From: a virus
Strand: one strand, 5' to 3'
IMG/VR virus record: IMGVR_UViG_3300044981_000387
Span: 1 to 64,000 of that record
Length of the DNA stretch: 64,000 nucleotides
Shown: one piece after another, positions 19,034 to 28,595 of the stretch
How positions within the stretch are numbered: position 1 is the first letter of the stretch
Layout of the letters: each line of letters starts with the position of its first letter
Program-made: the position numbers and the translations under genes
Notes under the pieces: model-generated
Databases searched by the model: none
Seen by the model: the letters and a program-made list of their open reading frames with translations, nothing else
Told to the model about the DNA's origin: nothing

Positions 19034-19546
19034 TTATTCGTAGCCTTCTGGCGTCTTTTCTTGTGAAGCACCTGAACTATATCCGAGGATTGTTCTTCTC
19101 ATGCCCCCAGCAATATCTTTATAATGATGGTGAGCTTTGATTAAAACATCGTATTTTCGTTCCAGGTATACTTTGCTTCCACGAGCGCTGGCTAACTTAA
19201 TTTGTACTGCATCTACTTCGGGCGATACGTCCGCTGCCCATTTTTTCATATCCAAAGTCGTTCTGGCCCCATCGGGAGCCAGATACTCTAAAGATACTTT
19301 ATTTCTTGTACTATTTACTTTAGTTTCTAAATATCCTACTGTTTTAACTATTTTGGCCAGATATTCAATTAATACGTCAGCACCTCTTAATGCTTGTTGT
19401 TGCAACAGTTCGGCGTGAGTCAAATCAATTGCATCGGTATTTTTAAGGCTATCTAATACGTCCTGGATTTCGGTGAGATCGAAATTATCAAAATCTGACT
19501 CTAATTCATGACCTAATACATCGCCAAGTCTTACTGATTGGTCCAT
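19034..19546 (-). CDS. Helical protein, possibly UvsY-like recombination mediator
   Basis: All-helical heptad pattern immediately upstream of recA. Confidence 0.4.
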   Translation of the reverse strand: MDQSVRLGDVLGHELESDFDNFDLTEIQDVLDSLKNTDAIDLTHAELLQQQALRGADVLIEYLAKIVKTVGYLETKVNSTRNKVSLEYLAPDGARTTLDMKKWAADVSPEVDAVQIKLASARGSKVYLERKYDVLIKAHHHYKDIAGGMRRTILGYSSGASQEKTPEGYE

Positions 19547-19602
19547 ATTGTCTTCCTATCTATAAATATATAATAACGAACTTTTTCTCGACAAACTAAT
19601 GT

Positions 19603-19917
19603 TTATTTTTTAGCTTTTAATGATTGTATTTCAGCTTTAATTTCCGCATGCATTTCATCTACTTGACGACGCATGATACGTAAATGTTGATGTTGCATCA
19701 GAGCCATTAAAAACATAAATATCTCAAAGCTGGTTTGGCGTTTGGAGGGCGGTTTCAGAAAAATAATGACTCCATCCTGATCCGTCTCAAACAAATCTAT
19801 AAATAGATCCTCGCCTTTATTAGAAATAGTAGTATAGGACTTGACAATCCTCTGATACAGCTGATGTTCATCGGGCGTCATTTCCACTTTTTTATTATCA
19901 ATAATTTGTATCATCAC
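19603..19917 (-). CDS. Hypothetical protein
   Basis: 104-aa ORF. Confidence 0.55.
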   Translation of the reverse strand: MMIQIIDNKKVEMTPDEHQLYQRIVKSYTTISNKGEDLFIDLFETDQDGVIIFLKPPSKRQTSFEIFMFLMALMQHQHLRIMRRQVDEMHAEIKAEIQSLKAKK

Positions 19918-19922
19918 TTACC

Positions 19923-20810
19923 TTAAGAGCGGGAAAATCCACCACCCATGTTTTTGCCTTGTGCTTTATCCACTAAGTTTTGTAGGGCTTGAGCATCTTT
20001 TTGATTATACCCACCATCATGACCCTTAACACTATTACGGTTAGACGCCGACAAGTTCATAGACAATACACGATCAGCCATCCTATCTTCATCATCCAAC
20101 GGAGCGGGTAGCGCCGAGTTAATTATATCACCACTGCCGACAACAGACTGTAAAGCTGCCATGTCTTCCGGATCCATAGTCTCATTAGACGGATCAATCA
20201 TAGCAGCCAAACCTTCTTCACCAATAATCCCTTGTGAACTTTCGTGTTCAATCTTTTCTTTGAGTTTCTTAAGATATTTAGTTCTTTCTGCGGCAGTCTT
20301 GAAGGTTTTGGGTTTTTGCGGCTTGCTTGAGCCGAGCTGAATGCTCCCTGACTCGCCAGAATCCACATCTTCGTCTCTGTCATCATCTTCATTGGAGGCG
20401 TCTCTTTTGATGAGTTCGGCTCGCTCGAAAAAGCTGGCGGTTTTAGAATCGGAAGCCATTTTCTGCACTATCACCTCCTGTTCTCCTTTACCATCTTTTA
20501 CTTTGATAACTTTCCTCTTCATATCAAACTCTTCGTTATCCAATTCCTTCTTTACTTCTTTCAGAACTTCTTTAGGAACATATTCAATGAGAGTAGAACT
20601 ATCGGTCTTAATATAATTGTAATTGGATAATAACCAATCATTTAACTGATCTGGATAACCTTGTAATTTTTCCATAGTATCCTGCAAGGTAGAAAGCAAA
20701 CCTTTCAACAACTCTTCCATAATACTCTGACCACAGAAGGGACAAATATTCCGGTCAATAGCATGTTTCCATTTTGGATTAATTTCGATTTCACAACTTA
20801 TACACTTCAT
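19923..20810 (-). CDS. Hypothetical protein with N-terminal zinc ribbon
   Basis: CISC...CPFC at N-terminus. Confidence 0.6.
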   Translation of the reverse strand: MKCISCEIEINPKWKHAIDRNICPFCGQSIMEELLKGLLSTLQDTMEKLQGYPDQLNDWLLSNYNYIKTDSSTLIEYVPKEVLKEVKKELDNEEFDMKRKVIKVKDGKGEQEVIVQKMASDSKTASFFERAELIKRDASNEDDDRDEDVDSGESGSIQLGSSKPQKPKTFKTAAERTKYLKKLKEKIEHESSQGIIGEEGLAAMIDPSNETMDPEDMAALQSVVGSGDIINSALPAPLDDEDRMADRVLSMNLSASNRNSVKGHDGGYNQKDAQALQNLVDKAQGKNMGGGFSRS

Positions 20811-20811
20811 G

Positions 20812-21273
20812 TTATCTTACTCTTCTAAAACTGCGAGTTTTTTGGCCAGAAGCGCCTGTTCCCGCAATCTTGATTAAGGTCCCACTAGATAAAACTGTCT
20901 GTCTAGCGATAACTTGTTTTAATTGAGCTATTCTAACTAAAGTTTTATCTGGAGCGTTAAAACAAGCTTCTAATTCTTTTTTAGTCTTTTCAATTTTGTC
21001 GGCTATCTTTTTGCTGAGAGAATTAACATATTCTCGATGTCGATACACGGTAATTGGGAAAGCGGATCGATCTCCTGCTTGAGGCATAACAATAAAACCC
21101 AAAGCGCTTTGCAAGCCCTCATCATTGGTTGCCTGGGCATGTTCGTATAAGTTTTTTAGTTTCAACTCTTCGTCCGTAGGAGCATAGCTGCTGTCATATA
21201 GAGAATCAATTTGATTAACTAAATCTTTGATGCTTCCTCGGTCTGAATGTTGTTTGGCGGTTCTAATGGGCAT
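20812..21273 (-). CDS. Hypothetical protein
   Basis: 153-aa ORF. Confidence 0.55.
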   Translation of the reverse strand: MPIRTAKQHSDRGSIKDLVNQIDSLYDSSYAPTDEELKLKNLYEHAQATNDEGLQSALGFIVMPQAGDRSAFPITVYRHREYVNSLSKKIADKIEKTKKELEACFNAPDKTLVRIAQLKQVIARQTVLSSGTLIKIAGTGASGQKTRSFRRVR

Positions 21274-21296
21274 GGGTCCTCACAGTATATACCATT

Positions 21297-22181
21297 TTAA
21301 CGGCGGGATGTACGGGTAGGTGGACAGGTAAAACAGCCATCAAAGGTAGGTTTCTTATTCTTGGTTGCAGAATTGATAGTTGGGCGCTTTAATACTACTA
21401 TTTTAAGGGAGTCAAAAGCATCTCTGGGAAACTTTAATATCTCTTCAACCTGAAGCTTAATATCATCAACAGTATCCGCACACAAGCCACGAGATACCAT
21501 TTCCTGGGCTAATGTGAAGGCTTCAAGATGAGTAATGGGGGATTCAGAGGCCTTAACAGTTTCACCTACCCCTTTAATTGGACAGGCCTCTGGCTTGGGT
21601 TTACCATAAACCTTTTTTAACTCTTCCGTACGATCCATCAATTTCTTAACTTCTTCTATTGACAGTTCATCTCTAACAGCTTCTGCTGCCGCCCTAAAAC
21701 AATTATCAGATTCAGTCTCTAAATCTCTAGCAATCTGCTTTAATTTGCCTAATATTTCCTCTAGGCCATGAACATCATTAAATGTTTTTTCTAGATGTGC
21801 CTCTTCTAATTGTTCATCTCCCTCTTCTTCTAAGACCTTAGATAATATTTCTTTTAACTCTTCATTATCGGAATAATATATTTTAGTTTCCGTTTTGGGA
21901 GGCGGTGAAGTAGAATGGATACTTTGGTGTATTGGGGCAAAATCCTCTGCATCAAAATCATCATCATAAGATAGGGCGTGCTTTATATCGAAGACGGCTT
22001 TTAAGCCTGGTATAGCATCAAGGCTCAGATGTTGCACTTCAATTAAATGTTTAAGTAAATAATTGACAGGAACCACAGCTAATTTAGCGGCAGCTATCCC
22101 ATAATTAACATAAGCTTGTCGTTTGTCTGGGTTGTTGTCTAAATATTCTTGAAGATATTGAAGTGGTTTTCTTAATTGCAT
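21297..22181 (-). CDS. Hypothetical acidic protein
   Basis: 294-aa ORF. Confidence 0.55.
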   Translation of the reverse strand: MQLRKPLQYLQEYLDNNPDKRQAYVNYGIAAAKLAVVPVNYLLKHLIEVQHLSLDAIPGLKAVFDIKHALSYDDDFDAEDFAPIHQSIHSTSPPPKTETKIYYSDNEELKEILSKVLEEEGDEQLEEAHLEKTFNDVHGLEEILGKLKQIARDLETESDNCFRAAAEAVRDELSIEEVKKLMDRTEELKKVYGKPKPEACPIKGVGETVKASESPITHLEAFTLAQEMVSRGLCADTVDDIKLQVEEILKFPRDAFDSLKIVVLKRPTINSATKNKKPTFDGCFTCPPTRTSRR

Positions 22182-22200
22182 GTTGATCTCTTACTTATGA

Positions 22201-22701
22201 TTAGTGGATATCTAAAATGGAAGGGGAAACAGTTCCTGAAATTGTTTCAGACGACTCATTGTTAACTGGTTGTAGAGGTACAGAATGCCCCTCAATACCA
22301 ACAGATGCTTCTGATGAGGCTGGCACAGTGGCTGGCAAAGGTTCTTCTGGTTGCGGTCTTCTAACTATATATCCAGGATGTTTGGAAGGATCCTTGAGAG
22401 AGGCGCTGACCCATGAAGGCATATAGGGCAACATAAATTGCTTTCGGAGCGCATAATAAGAAGAACTGCCCCATACATCATCTATCGTAGGTTCTGGTAG
22501 AGATGGGTTTAGATCCAAACCTTTAAGTTGAATTACATGAACCACCAACTTATTTAATACATAAGCCACCAAAGAGGCTGTTAAAATAACGGTGGCCAAA
22601 TAGGCTCTGCTGAAAAGGCTCTTCATTCTATATGCAGAGGCAACTAAAAAGGCAGCACAGAAAGCGATAGTTAAACGAATATTATTAAAAAAGTTTTTCA
22701 T
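22201..22701 (-). CDS. Predicted membrane protein
   Basis: Two hydrophobic N-terminal segments. Confidence 0.55.
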   Translation of the reverse strand: MKNFFNNIRLTIAFCAAFLVASAYRMKSLFSRAYLATVILTASLVAYVLNKLVVHVIQLKGLDLNPSLPEPTIDDVWGSSSYYALRKQFMLPYMPSWVSASLKDPSKHPGYIVRRPQPEEPLPATVPASSEASVGIEGHSVPLQPVNNESSETISGTVSPSILDIH

Positions 22702-23624
22702 TTCTTATTAGGTTTTCTACCACGCTTATTACGTGGTTGGTTAAGTCTAACTTCCGAAGAAGCTTTGACTGATTCTAATTCCTTCTGGGTTGGTTGAAAA
22801 GAACCGATAAAATCAGTAACTTGAATAGACCCCGAATAATCTTCTACCGTAGACATGCTATTAAAATATAGACTAGCAGGTTCGGCTCCGGTATAGTGTT
22901 GAGTGGTTACACTGAAAGTGCTATTTGGCATTAAACTATTCACATTAACTGTTAAAGGATTTAATACCGAAGTTGAAGGGCCACTGAAAGCAAGATTATT
23001 AGAGCCGGTATAGTTGATTGATTGTGGAGTTGAGTTCAGATCAACACTTTGAGTAACCATGCTTTCAGTAGGGCCCATAGCTCCAGCAACACTAGTGGAA
23101 GTGAAAGCTGAAGTAGAGGAATTAGATATGTAATTTTGTGGGTCTACCGCCAAACTAAACTCAACTGCCGATTGTAAGGGTGGGGTAGAATCTTTGGCGC
23201 CGGGGATTTCCTCAAAAGCTTCTGGCTCCATAATGAAGGAGTTGGGCTTGGGTTTTTCACCCTTAGGAATAAACTGTTGAAAGTGCTTTTGCACATCTTC
23301 TGACTTGGGCTTTTGTTTAGAGTATTTGGGGTTTTCAGAGACATTATTAATTTTCAATTGAAAATTGGAAATAACATAAGCTGCAAAATCTTCTACTGTA
23401 GAATTATTCTTACTAAACTCAACCGTCTTTTTTAGAAAAAGTGACATTGCATCATTAGATGAATTAACAGTCATGGCCTGCTCCGGAGAATCATCCTCTA
23501 CCAGAATAGTGCCCGAATCAAGCTGTGTAGCACCTGGCACCATGCCAGCATGAAAAAGCCTGTTCGCCGTAATATATGACAGCGAATTTTTGGCTGCCCA
23601 TTCCTTGAGTTTTATTTTCGACAT
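22698..23624 (-). CDS. Protein with IS607-TnpA/MerR-like N-terminal HTH and low-complexity Ser/Thr-rich body
   Basis: KLKEWAAKNSLSYITANRLFHAGMVPGATQLDSGTILV; no serine recombinase domain seen. Confidence 0.6.
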   Translation of the reverse strand: MSKIKLKEWAAKNSLSYITANRLFHAGMVPGATQLDSGTILVEDDSPEQAMTVNSSNDAMSLFLKKTVEFSKNNSTVEDFAAYVISNFQLKINNVSENPKYSKQKPKSEDVQKHFQQFIPKGEKPKPNSFIMEPEAFEEIPGAKDSTPPLQSAVEFSLAVDPQNYISNSSTSAFTSTSVAGAMGPTESMVTQSVDLNSTPQSINYTGSNNLAFSGPSTSVLNPLTVNVNSLMPNSTFSVTTQHYTGAEPASLYFNSMSTVEDYSGSIQVTDFIGSFQPTQKELESVKASSEVRLNQPRNKRGRKPNKK

Positions 23625-23737
23625 AACTTCATTCCTTACTATGCCCAGATTATTTTATCTTTTGTTATCATCTACTATCAAAAACATCATTTTACTGACA
23701 ACAAGGCCATTTATATTACTATCTAATGTCATATATA

Positions 23738-26700
23738 TCAATCATCTTCAGCTTCTACATCTAAATCAATTAATCCTTCATCATAAAGAATATCCTCTAT
23801 TTCTTGAAATAACTCCTCGGGATCATTGAAGTTTTTAGATTTTTCCTCTTCCACTGTTAATTTAGCTTTAGCTAATTTTAGGTTGATCTTCTTAGCTTTT
23901 AAGTCAGCCGGGATGCTAGGAGGAATGGCAATATTGAATAAAGTATCTAAGATGATACCCATATCATCTTCATAACTATTAGTATTACCGGCGAAATGTA
24001 AAGCGATACCCACTCCAAACTCCGCTTTCTTGTTAATCTGTTTAATACGCTCTTGCACATTTTCCCAACGATCTGGGAAAATAGTGCACGTTACTTGATC
24101 TCCATGCTTATCTTCTAGAGCCGCTTTAATCATAGCCTTACCATAATATTTACTGGTTTCCTTTTTTACTCTAAACTCAAAGAAACTTCTAACAATTCCC
24201 TTAAAAGAAGACATATTAGTCTTGTCTTTAGCTTTTCTAATATCAGCCACTGTTTTATGTTCATCCTTAAAAAAATCACCATAAGCCACCGCAGGTTTAC
24301 AGACAAAAGACTCGCCTAAATAATATTGTTCTAAAGCATATAACTCTGGCACCGACCACTCATCATCCGAAGTTTGGGGCCACGGATAGATAAAAGTTTC
24401 TTGTGTGGGATCGTGTTTTTTGCTCCATACCTGCAATTTCTTACGATAATCAGAGCAATACAAGAACATTAATTTACGAGGAATATGAAAAGAGTCTAAA
24501 GCTCCACAAGCTGCCAAAGCTTGAATGCTGTTAGCTCGCACAGCTTTAGAGCTGATGCGCACCATAAAATCGAAGAAGTTCTTGAAGGGCCTTTTAGCAA
24601 TGATGTCCTTGATGGCATCATCACCTACGAATTTGATGGCGTCCAAACCTGTAATTAATTTGTTCTCATCCTCGATAGTATACACTAACTTAGACTTATT
24701 AACATCAGGTGGAAAAATCTTAACCTTATGCTTACGCAACTCTTTTTTAATCTTTTCAATGTTAGCTCTAGCATCAGGAGCATTAGAGCCCACTTCAGCC
24801 ATTAAGTTAGCCAACAAAAACTCTATGGGATAGTGAGCTTTTAAGTAAGCTGTTTTATAGCTGGTCATGGAATATAAGATAGAGTGAGACATATTAAAGC
24901 CATAGCCCTGAAACTTATCTACTACTTCGTCCCAAATACGTTGTGCAATAGCTTCACTAACATTGTTTTTAACAGCATCTCGAACAAACTCCGATCTCCA
25001 TTCTTGAGCCTTTTTAGGATTCTTACCTTTTTCTTTGGTCAACTTACGCAAACGGTCTGCAGAGTGCAGGCTCCAACCAGCCACGTCTTGCGCCAAATAC
25101 ATCAAACTTTCTTCATATAGACCAAAACCAAAAGTATTGTTGAAGGCTCGACCCAAAGTAGGATGTAATAAGGCGAAAGGCTTCTTACCATCCTTGGTTA
25201 AAATAAAATCATTACGCATATCACGTGCAGACGGACGGGCGAGCGAATTAACATAACTAATATCGTTAATAGAGTTAGGCTTAATTCGACGACACAAATC
25301 AATGGTACCTCCACTAGTACCCAACTGAAAAACACAAAAAGTATCTCCATCCGAAATGGTTTTGTAAGTCAACTCATCATGCTCTTCATAATCCAAAACA
25401 GCCGGTGGCATAGGCTTGCCTGCCGCTTTGATTAATTGCATAGCTTGGCCAATGATGTCTAGGGTAGAAAGTCCTAAGGTATCCATCTTAACCAAACCAT
25501 TCTCTTCTGCCTTATCCTTATCATATTCGATGGCTAGCACACCATCCTTGTCTTTTCTTAACGGCACCAAACCAGTAAGTGGGCGAGCTGAGATAATAAT
25601 ACCACCAGCATGAGTACTCCAGGCACGATATTTACCACAAATTTCTTTGTATTGGATAAACTGCGGATACTTCTTACAATATTCAGCAAATAGTGGTACT
25701 TTCTCCAAAGCATCATCAATGTTATGGATTTCGGTGGGAATACAATCAGCCACCTCATTACCAATTTTAAGTGCTTCGTCTCTAGAGCCACCTAATTCGC
25801 AAGCACGAGCAATATCTTTAACATACACCTTAGGCGTAATAGTATTGACGTTGGATACGTGAGCCACATTATCTTCCCCATATTTCTGACGCAAATAGTT
25901 CTGCACCTTTTCGCGACCTGATGGGGCAAAGTCTGTATCAATATCAGGGAAGCTGGATTTTTCCTTATTATGGAAACGAGCAAAGATCAAATTATATTTA
26001 ATGGGATCTGCTTGATGAATGCCTAATAAAAAAGCCACCAAAGAACCACCCACCGAACCACGACCTTCACCTACCGCTATTTCTTGATGACGGGCCCATT
26101 CAATAAAATCTGCCACAATTAACATGTAACTAGAAAATCCGTGATACTCTAAAACATCTAACTCTTCGTCAATACGACTGAAATATTGGGCTCGTTGTTC
26201 GGAGGTTAGATTCTTGACTCGGGAATCAAATAACTTTTCACAACGATAACGTAAAAATAATTTATCCTCTTCTAGCTTCTGAAGATCGGGGACTTGTCGA
26301 CTTACCCACTCAACAAACTCGAGATAATCCACTTCATCTTTCACTGGAAAAACGGGCAATTCTTTACCAGTTGGATTAGAGAACTTAGGATCAATCCACT
26401 GCGGCACTTCGCATAAATTAGCAAAATACAAACTATTGTCGCATAAACTCTGTGCCGTTTCTTCTCCATAGTTTCTGGTAAAAAAAGTTTTAATTTCATC
26501 TCCTGTCTTAAGATAAAAATCGGGAACAGGATATTTAAGACGATAGTTAGAATAAACTGGTTGATGAGAACCAATAGCCAAAAAGACGTCATGGGTATCA
26601 TGATCTTCTTTTCTCAGATAATGAGCATTACATGCTGCCACTACTCGAATACCTAATTTTTTACCCAATAGAATAAGTTGTCGATTCAGAAAGTTCTGGT

Positions 26701-27268
26701 CAATTTCATCGTTGTAAATATTGGAACCGCGCTTCATATTATTGGGCTGTACTTCCAAACCCAAATTATCACCAAAAATCTTCTGCAAATGCAATAGGGT
26801 TTGCTCAGCTTCATCCGTCTTACGGTTCATTAATAATTGACTAACAATACCATTACCACATGCCGTTAAACAGATCAAACCCTCAGCATACTGTTCCAGT
26901 AATTTCCAATCAATAACTGAATACACACGTTTACCAATGAAAGAGTTTTGATCGAAACCCTTTTTGTTGAGTGTTAGGAGATTTCGATAACCAACAGCAT
27001 TCTTAGCTATCAACACCACATGACGAAACTTATCATCTACATTGTTAGCATCATTAGTAAAATAACATTCACAACCTATGATGAGTTTAATGCCGGTTTC
27101 TTTAGAGGCCTTCCAGGCATCCCAAGCTGACCCGATTGATCCGTGATCTGTAATAGCAATAGCCGATTGTCCTAATTCTTTAGCTCTCTTAAGAAGAGCT
27201 TTCGGTTCAATTAAACTGTCTAAAAGAGAATAAGAAGTTTGATTATGTAACGATATAAAATCAGTCAT
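23738..27268 (-). CDS. dnaE: DNA polymerase III alpha subunit (family C)
   Basis: PHP-like N-terminus (AITDHG), GRGS, catalytic PDIDTDF, YGFNMSHS, OB fold; 1176 aa. Confidence 0.96.
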   Translation of the reverse strand: MTDFISLHNQTSYSLLDSLIEPKALLKRAKELGQSAIAITDHGSIGSAWDAWKASKETGIKLIIGCECYFTNDANNVDDKFRHVVLIAKNAVGYRNLLTLNKKGFDQNSFIGKRVYSVIDWKLLEQYAEGLICLTACGNGIVSQLLMNRKTDEAEQTLLHLQKIFGDNLGLEVQPNNMKRGSNIYNDEIDQNFLNRQLILLGKKLGIRVVAACNAHYLRKEDHDTHDVFLAIGSHQPVYSNYRLKYPVPDFYLKTGDEIKTFFTRNYGEETAQSLCDNSLYFANLCEVPQWIDPKFSNPTGKELPVFPVKDEVDYLEFVEWVSRQVPDLQKLEEDKLFLRYRCEKLFDSRVKNLTSEQRAQYFSRIDEELDVLEYHGFSSYMLIVADFIEWARHQEIAVGEGRGSVGGSLVAFLLGIHQADPIKYNLIFARFHNKEKSSFPDIDTDFAPSGREKVQNYLRQKYGEDNVAHVSNVNTITPKVYVKDIARACELGGSRDEALKIGNEVADCIPTEIHNIDDALEKVPLFAEYCKKYPQFIQYKEICGKYRAWSTHAGGIIISARPLTGLVPLRKDKDGVLAIEYDKDKAEENGLVKMDTLGLSTLDIIGQAMQLIKAAGKPMPPAVLDYEEHDELTYKTISDGDTFCVFQLGTSGGTIDLCRRIKPNSINDISYVNSLARPSARDMRNDFILTKDGKKPFALLHPTLGRAFNNTFGFGLYEESLMYLAQDVAGWSLHSADRLRKLTKEKGKNPKKAQEWRSEFVRDAVKNNVSEAIAQRIWDEVVDKFQGYGFNMSHSILYSMTSYKTAYLKAHYPIEFLLANLMAEVGSNAPDARANIEKIKKELRKHKVKIFPPDVNKSKLVYTIEDENKLITGLDAIKFVGDDAIKDIIAKRPFKNFFDFMVRISSKAVRANSIQALAACGALDSFHIPRKLMFLYCSDYRKKLQVWSKKHDPTQETFIYPWPQTSDDEWSVPELYALEQYYLGESFVCKPAVAYGDFFKDEHKTVADIRKAKDKTNMSSFKGIVRSFFEFRVKKETSKYYGKAMIKAALEDKHGDQVTCTIFPDRWENVQERIKQINKKAEFGVGIALHFAGNTNSYEDDMGIILDTLFNIAIPPSIPADLKAKKINLKLAKAKLTVEEEKSKNFNDPEELFQEIEDILYDEGLIDLDVEAEDD

Positions 27269-27291
27269 AGCACACCTATATTGGGTTGTGT

Positions 27292-27300
27292 ATTATAACA
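27292..27300 (-). promoter_or_regulatory. Consensus extended -10 element (TGTTATAAT) upstream of dnaE
   Basis: Perfect TGnTATAAT about 24 nt before the ATG. Confidence 0.6.
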
Positions 27301-27386
27301 GTCGCATATCTGTCTCATATTTTCAGAGCGCTTCAACCTAAGGATAGGTTGCGTATGTGATGTCAGGGAATACGGTTAAAGGATTA

Positions 27387-27995
27387 TCAGATATTAAAGT
27401 TTTGACTGATAATCTTGAATTGCTCTTTCCAAAACTTTTTATTTTTGGACTTTTTGGTCAGCAAGTCACGCAAATCTTGATAAACTAATCTTTTATGCTT
27501 GAACAAACTGTGAGCTACTAGCTCTATAGCATCCCAGTGTTCGATTAGAATGTTCATTGTTTTTCTAGCTAATTTTTGTTTATAGGCATATCTTTTTTTG
27601 CCTGCGGGCACCGGATTATATTTCTGCAACATTTTGGTAATGGCAAAAATATCGTTAGAGGAGCCCTCTTTAATAAACATGGGTATTTGATCGGAACCTG
27701 AAATACTCTTGAAATGATGTTTTTCGGCGAGCAAACCTGCATAACTTAAACCAATTTCTTGTTCTAACTGTAACTCAAAAAGTAAATGGTCTTTATCAAT
27801 ATCGGGAGACTCATATTGAGTAAACCCATGGATTCTCTTTAGCATTTTGTGCTCAAAAATACAAACAGCACTCACTTTCATATAGCATAATAAAGCGAAT
27901 ACGGCATGTCCCGCTTCATGGTAAGAAGTCGTAATAAATTCATAGGTTTTGGTGACTTTCTTTCTGATTTCTCCGATAGATGCACCCTTTGCCAT
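27387..27995 (-). CDS. Free-standing peptidase M41 (FtsH protease domain)-like metalloprotein
   Basis: TSYHEAGHAV, LAGLLAE-like (YAGLLAE) and IELVAHSLF..KRL motifs. Confidence 0.7.
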   Translation of the reverse strand: MAKGASIGEIRKKVTKTYEFITTSYHEAGHAVFALLCYMKVSAVCIFEHKMLKRIHGFTQYESPDIDKDHLLFELQLEQEIGLSYAGLLAEKHHFKSISGSDQIPMFIKEGSSNDIFAITKMLQKYNPVPAGKKRYAYKQKLARKTMNILIEHWDAIELVAHSLFKHKRLVYQDLRDLLTKKSKNKKFWKEQFKIISQNFNI

Positions 27996-27996
27996 A

Positions 27997-28278
27997 TTAC
28001 TCCATTTGGAGAAGTAAGTCCTCCAATTTATTGAGTTTTTGGTCGCAATCTTTTTCTAACTTGCATTTGGCCTGAAGTTTATCAGAACCTAAAGCGCCCG
28101 TTAATATGAAGTCCAAATTATCCACATATAGCATTCCGGCTTTGGTAAATTGGTTCCACTCGGTAAATCCATTACTAACTAGGGCGGCAAGTATAGCTTC
28201 TGTTAAAGGACGGTCTGTCTTAAAAACAATACTGGTTCTATTACAACAGGCTGGCACGATAAATTTCTCTACATTCAT
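27997..28278 (-). CDS. Hypothetical protein
   Basis: 93-aa ORF. Confidence 0.55.
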   Translation of the reverse strand: MNVEKFIVPACCNRTSIVFKTDRPLTEAILAALVSNGFTEWNQFTKAGMLYVDNLDFILTGALGSDKLQAKCKLEKDCDQKLNKLEDLLLQME

Positions 28279-28279
28279 T

Positions 28280-28594
28280 TCAGTCCTTGTTGTTTAAGTC
28301 GACACCCTTACCCTCTAATAAAAGAAGTGCATACTGAATTTTGGCTTGTTGTGCCTTCTTACCATCTTTGTATGGCTCCATAGCTTCTTTTACCGCCTCT
28401 TTGTATCCAGCCAGTTTAGTGTCAGCCTCCATTTCCTTTTCGATAGTGTAAAGATTACCTTCACATTCCACGATGATTTTTTTAAGATCTTCTACGCTAG
28501 CAGCATCGGCTGCATCCTTAAACTCTGGCATTTTCTTAACGATATCATCCCACTTTTTAGCTAATCCCGTGGTGCTTAATTGAATTGTTCCCAT
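28280..28594 (-). CDS. Hypothetical coiled-coil protein
   Basis: 104-aa helical ORF. Confidence 0.55.
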   Translation of the reverse strand: MGTIQLSTTGLAKKWDDIVKKMPEFKDAADAASVEDLKKIIVECEGNLYTIEKEMEADTKLAGYKEAVKEAMEPYKDGKKAQQAKIQYALLLLEGKGVDLNNKD

Positions 28595-28595
28595 A

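Noticed and set aside
22698-23624. Active IS607 element
   Set aside because: No recombinase catalytic domain, TnpB or element ends visible.
17831-27268. Inteins or introns in RecA and DnaE
   Set aside because: Both are near normal length with contiguous motifs and no C...HN intein signatures.
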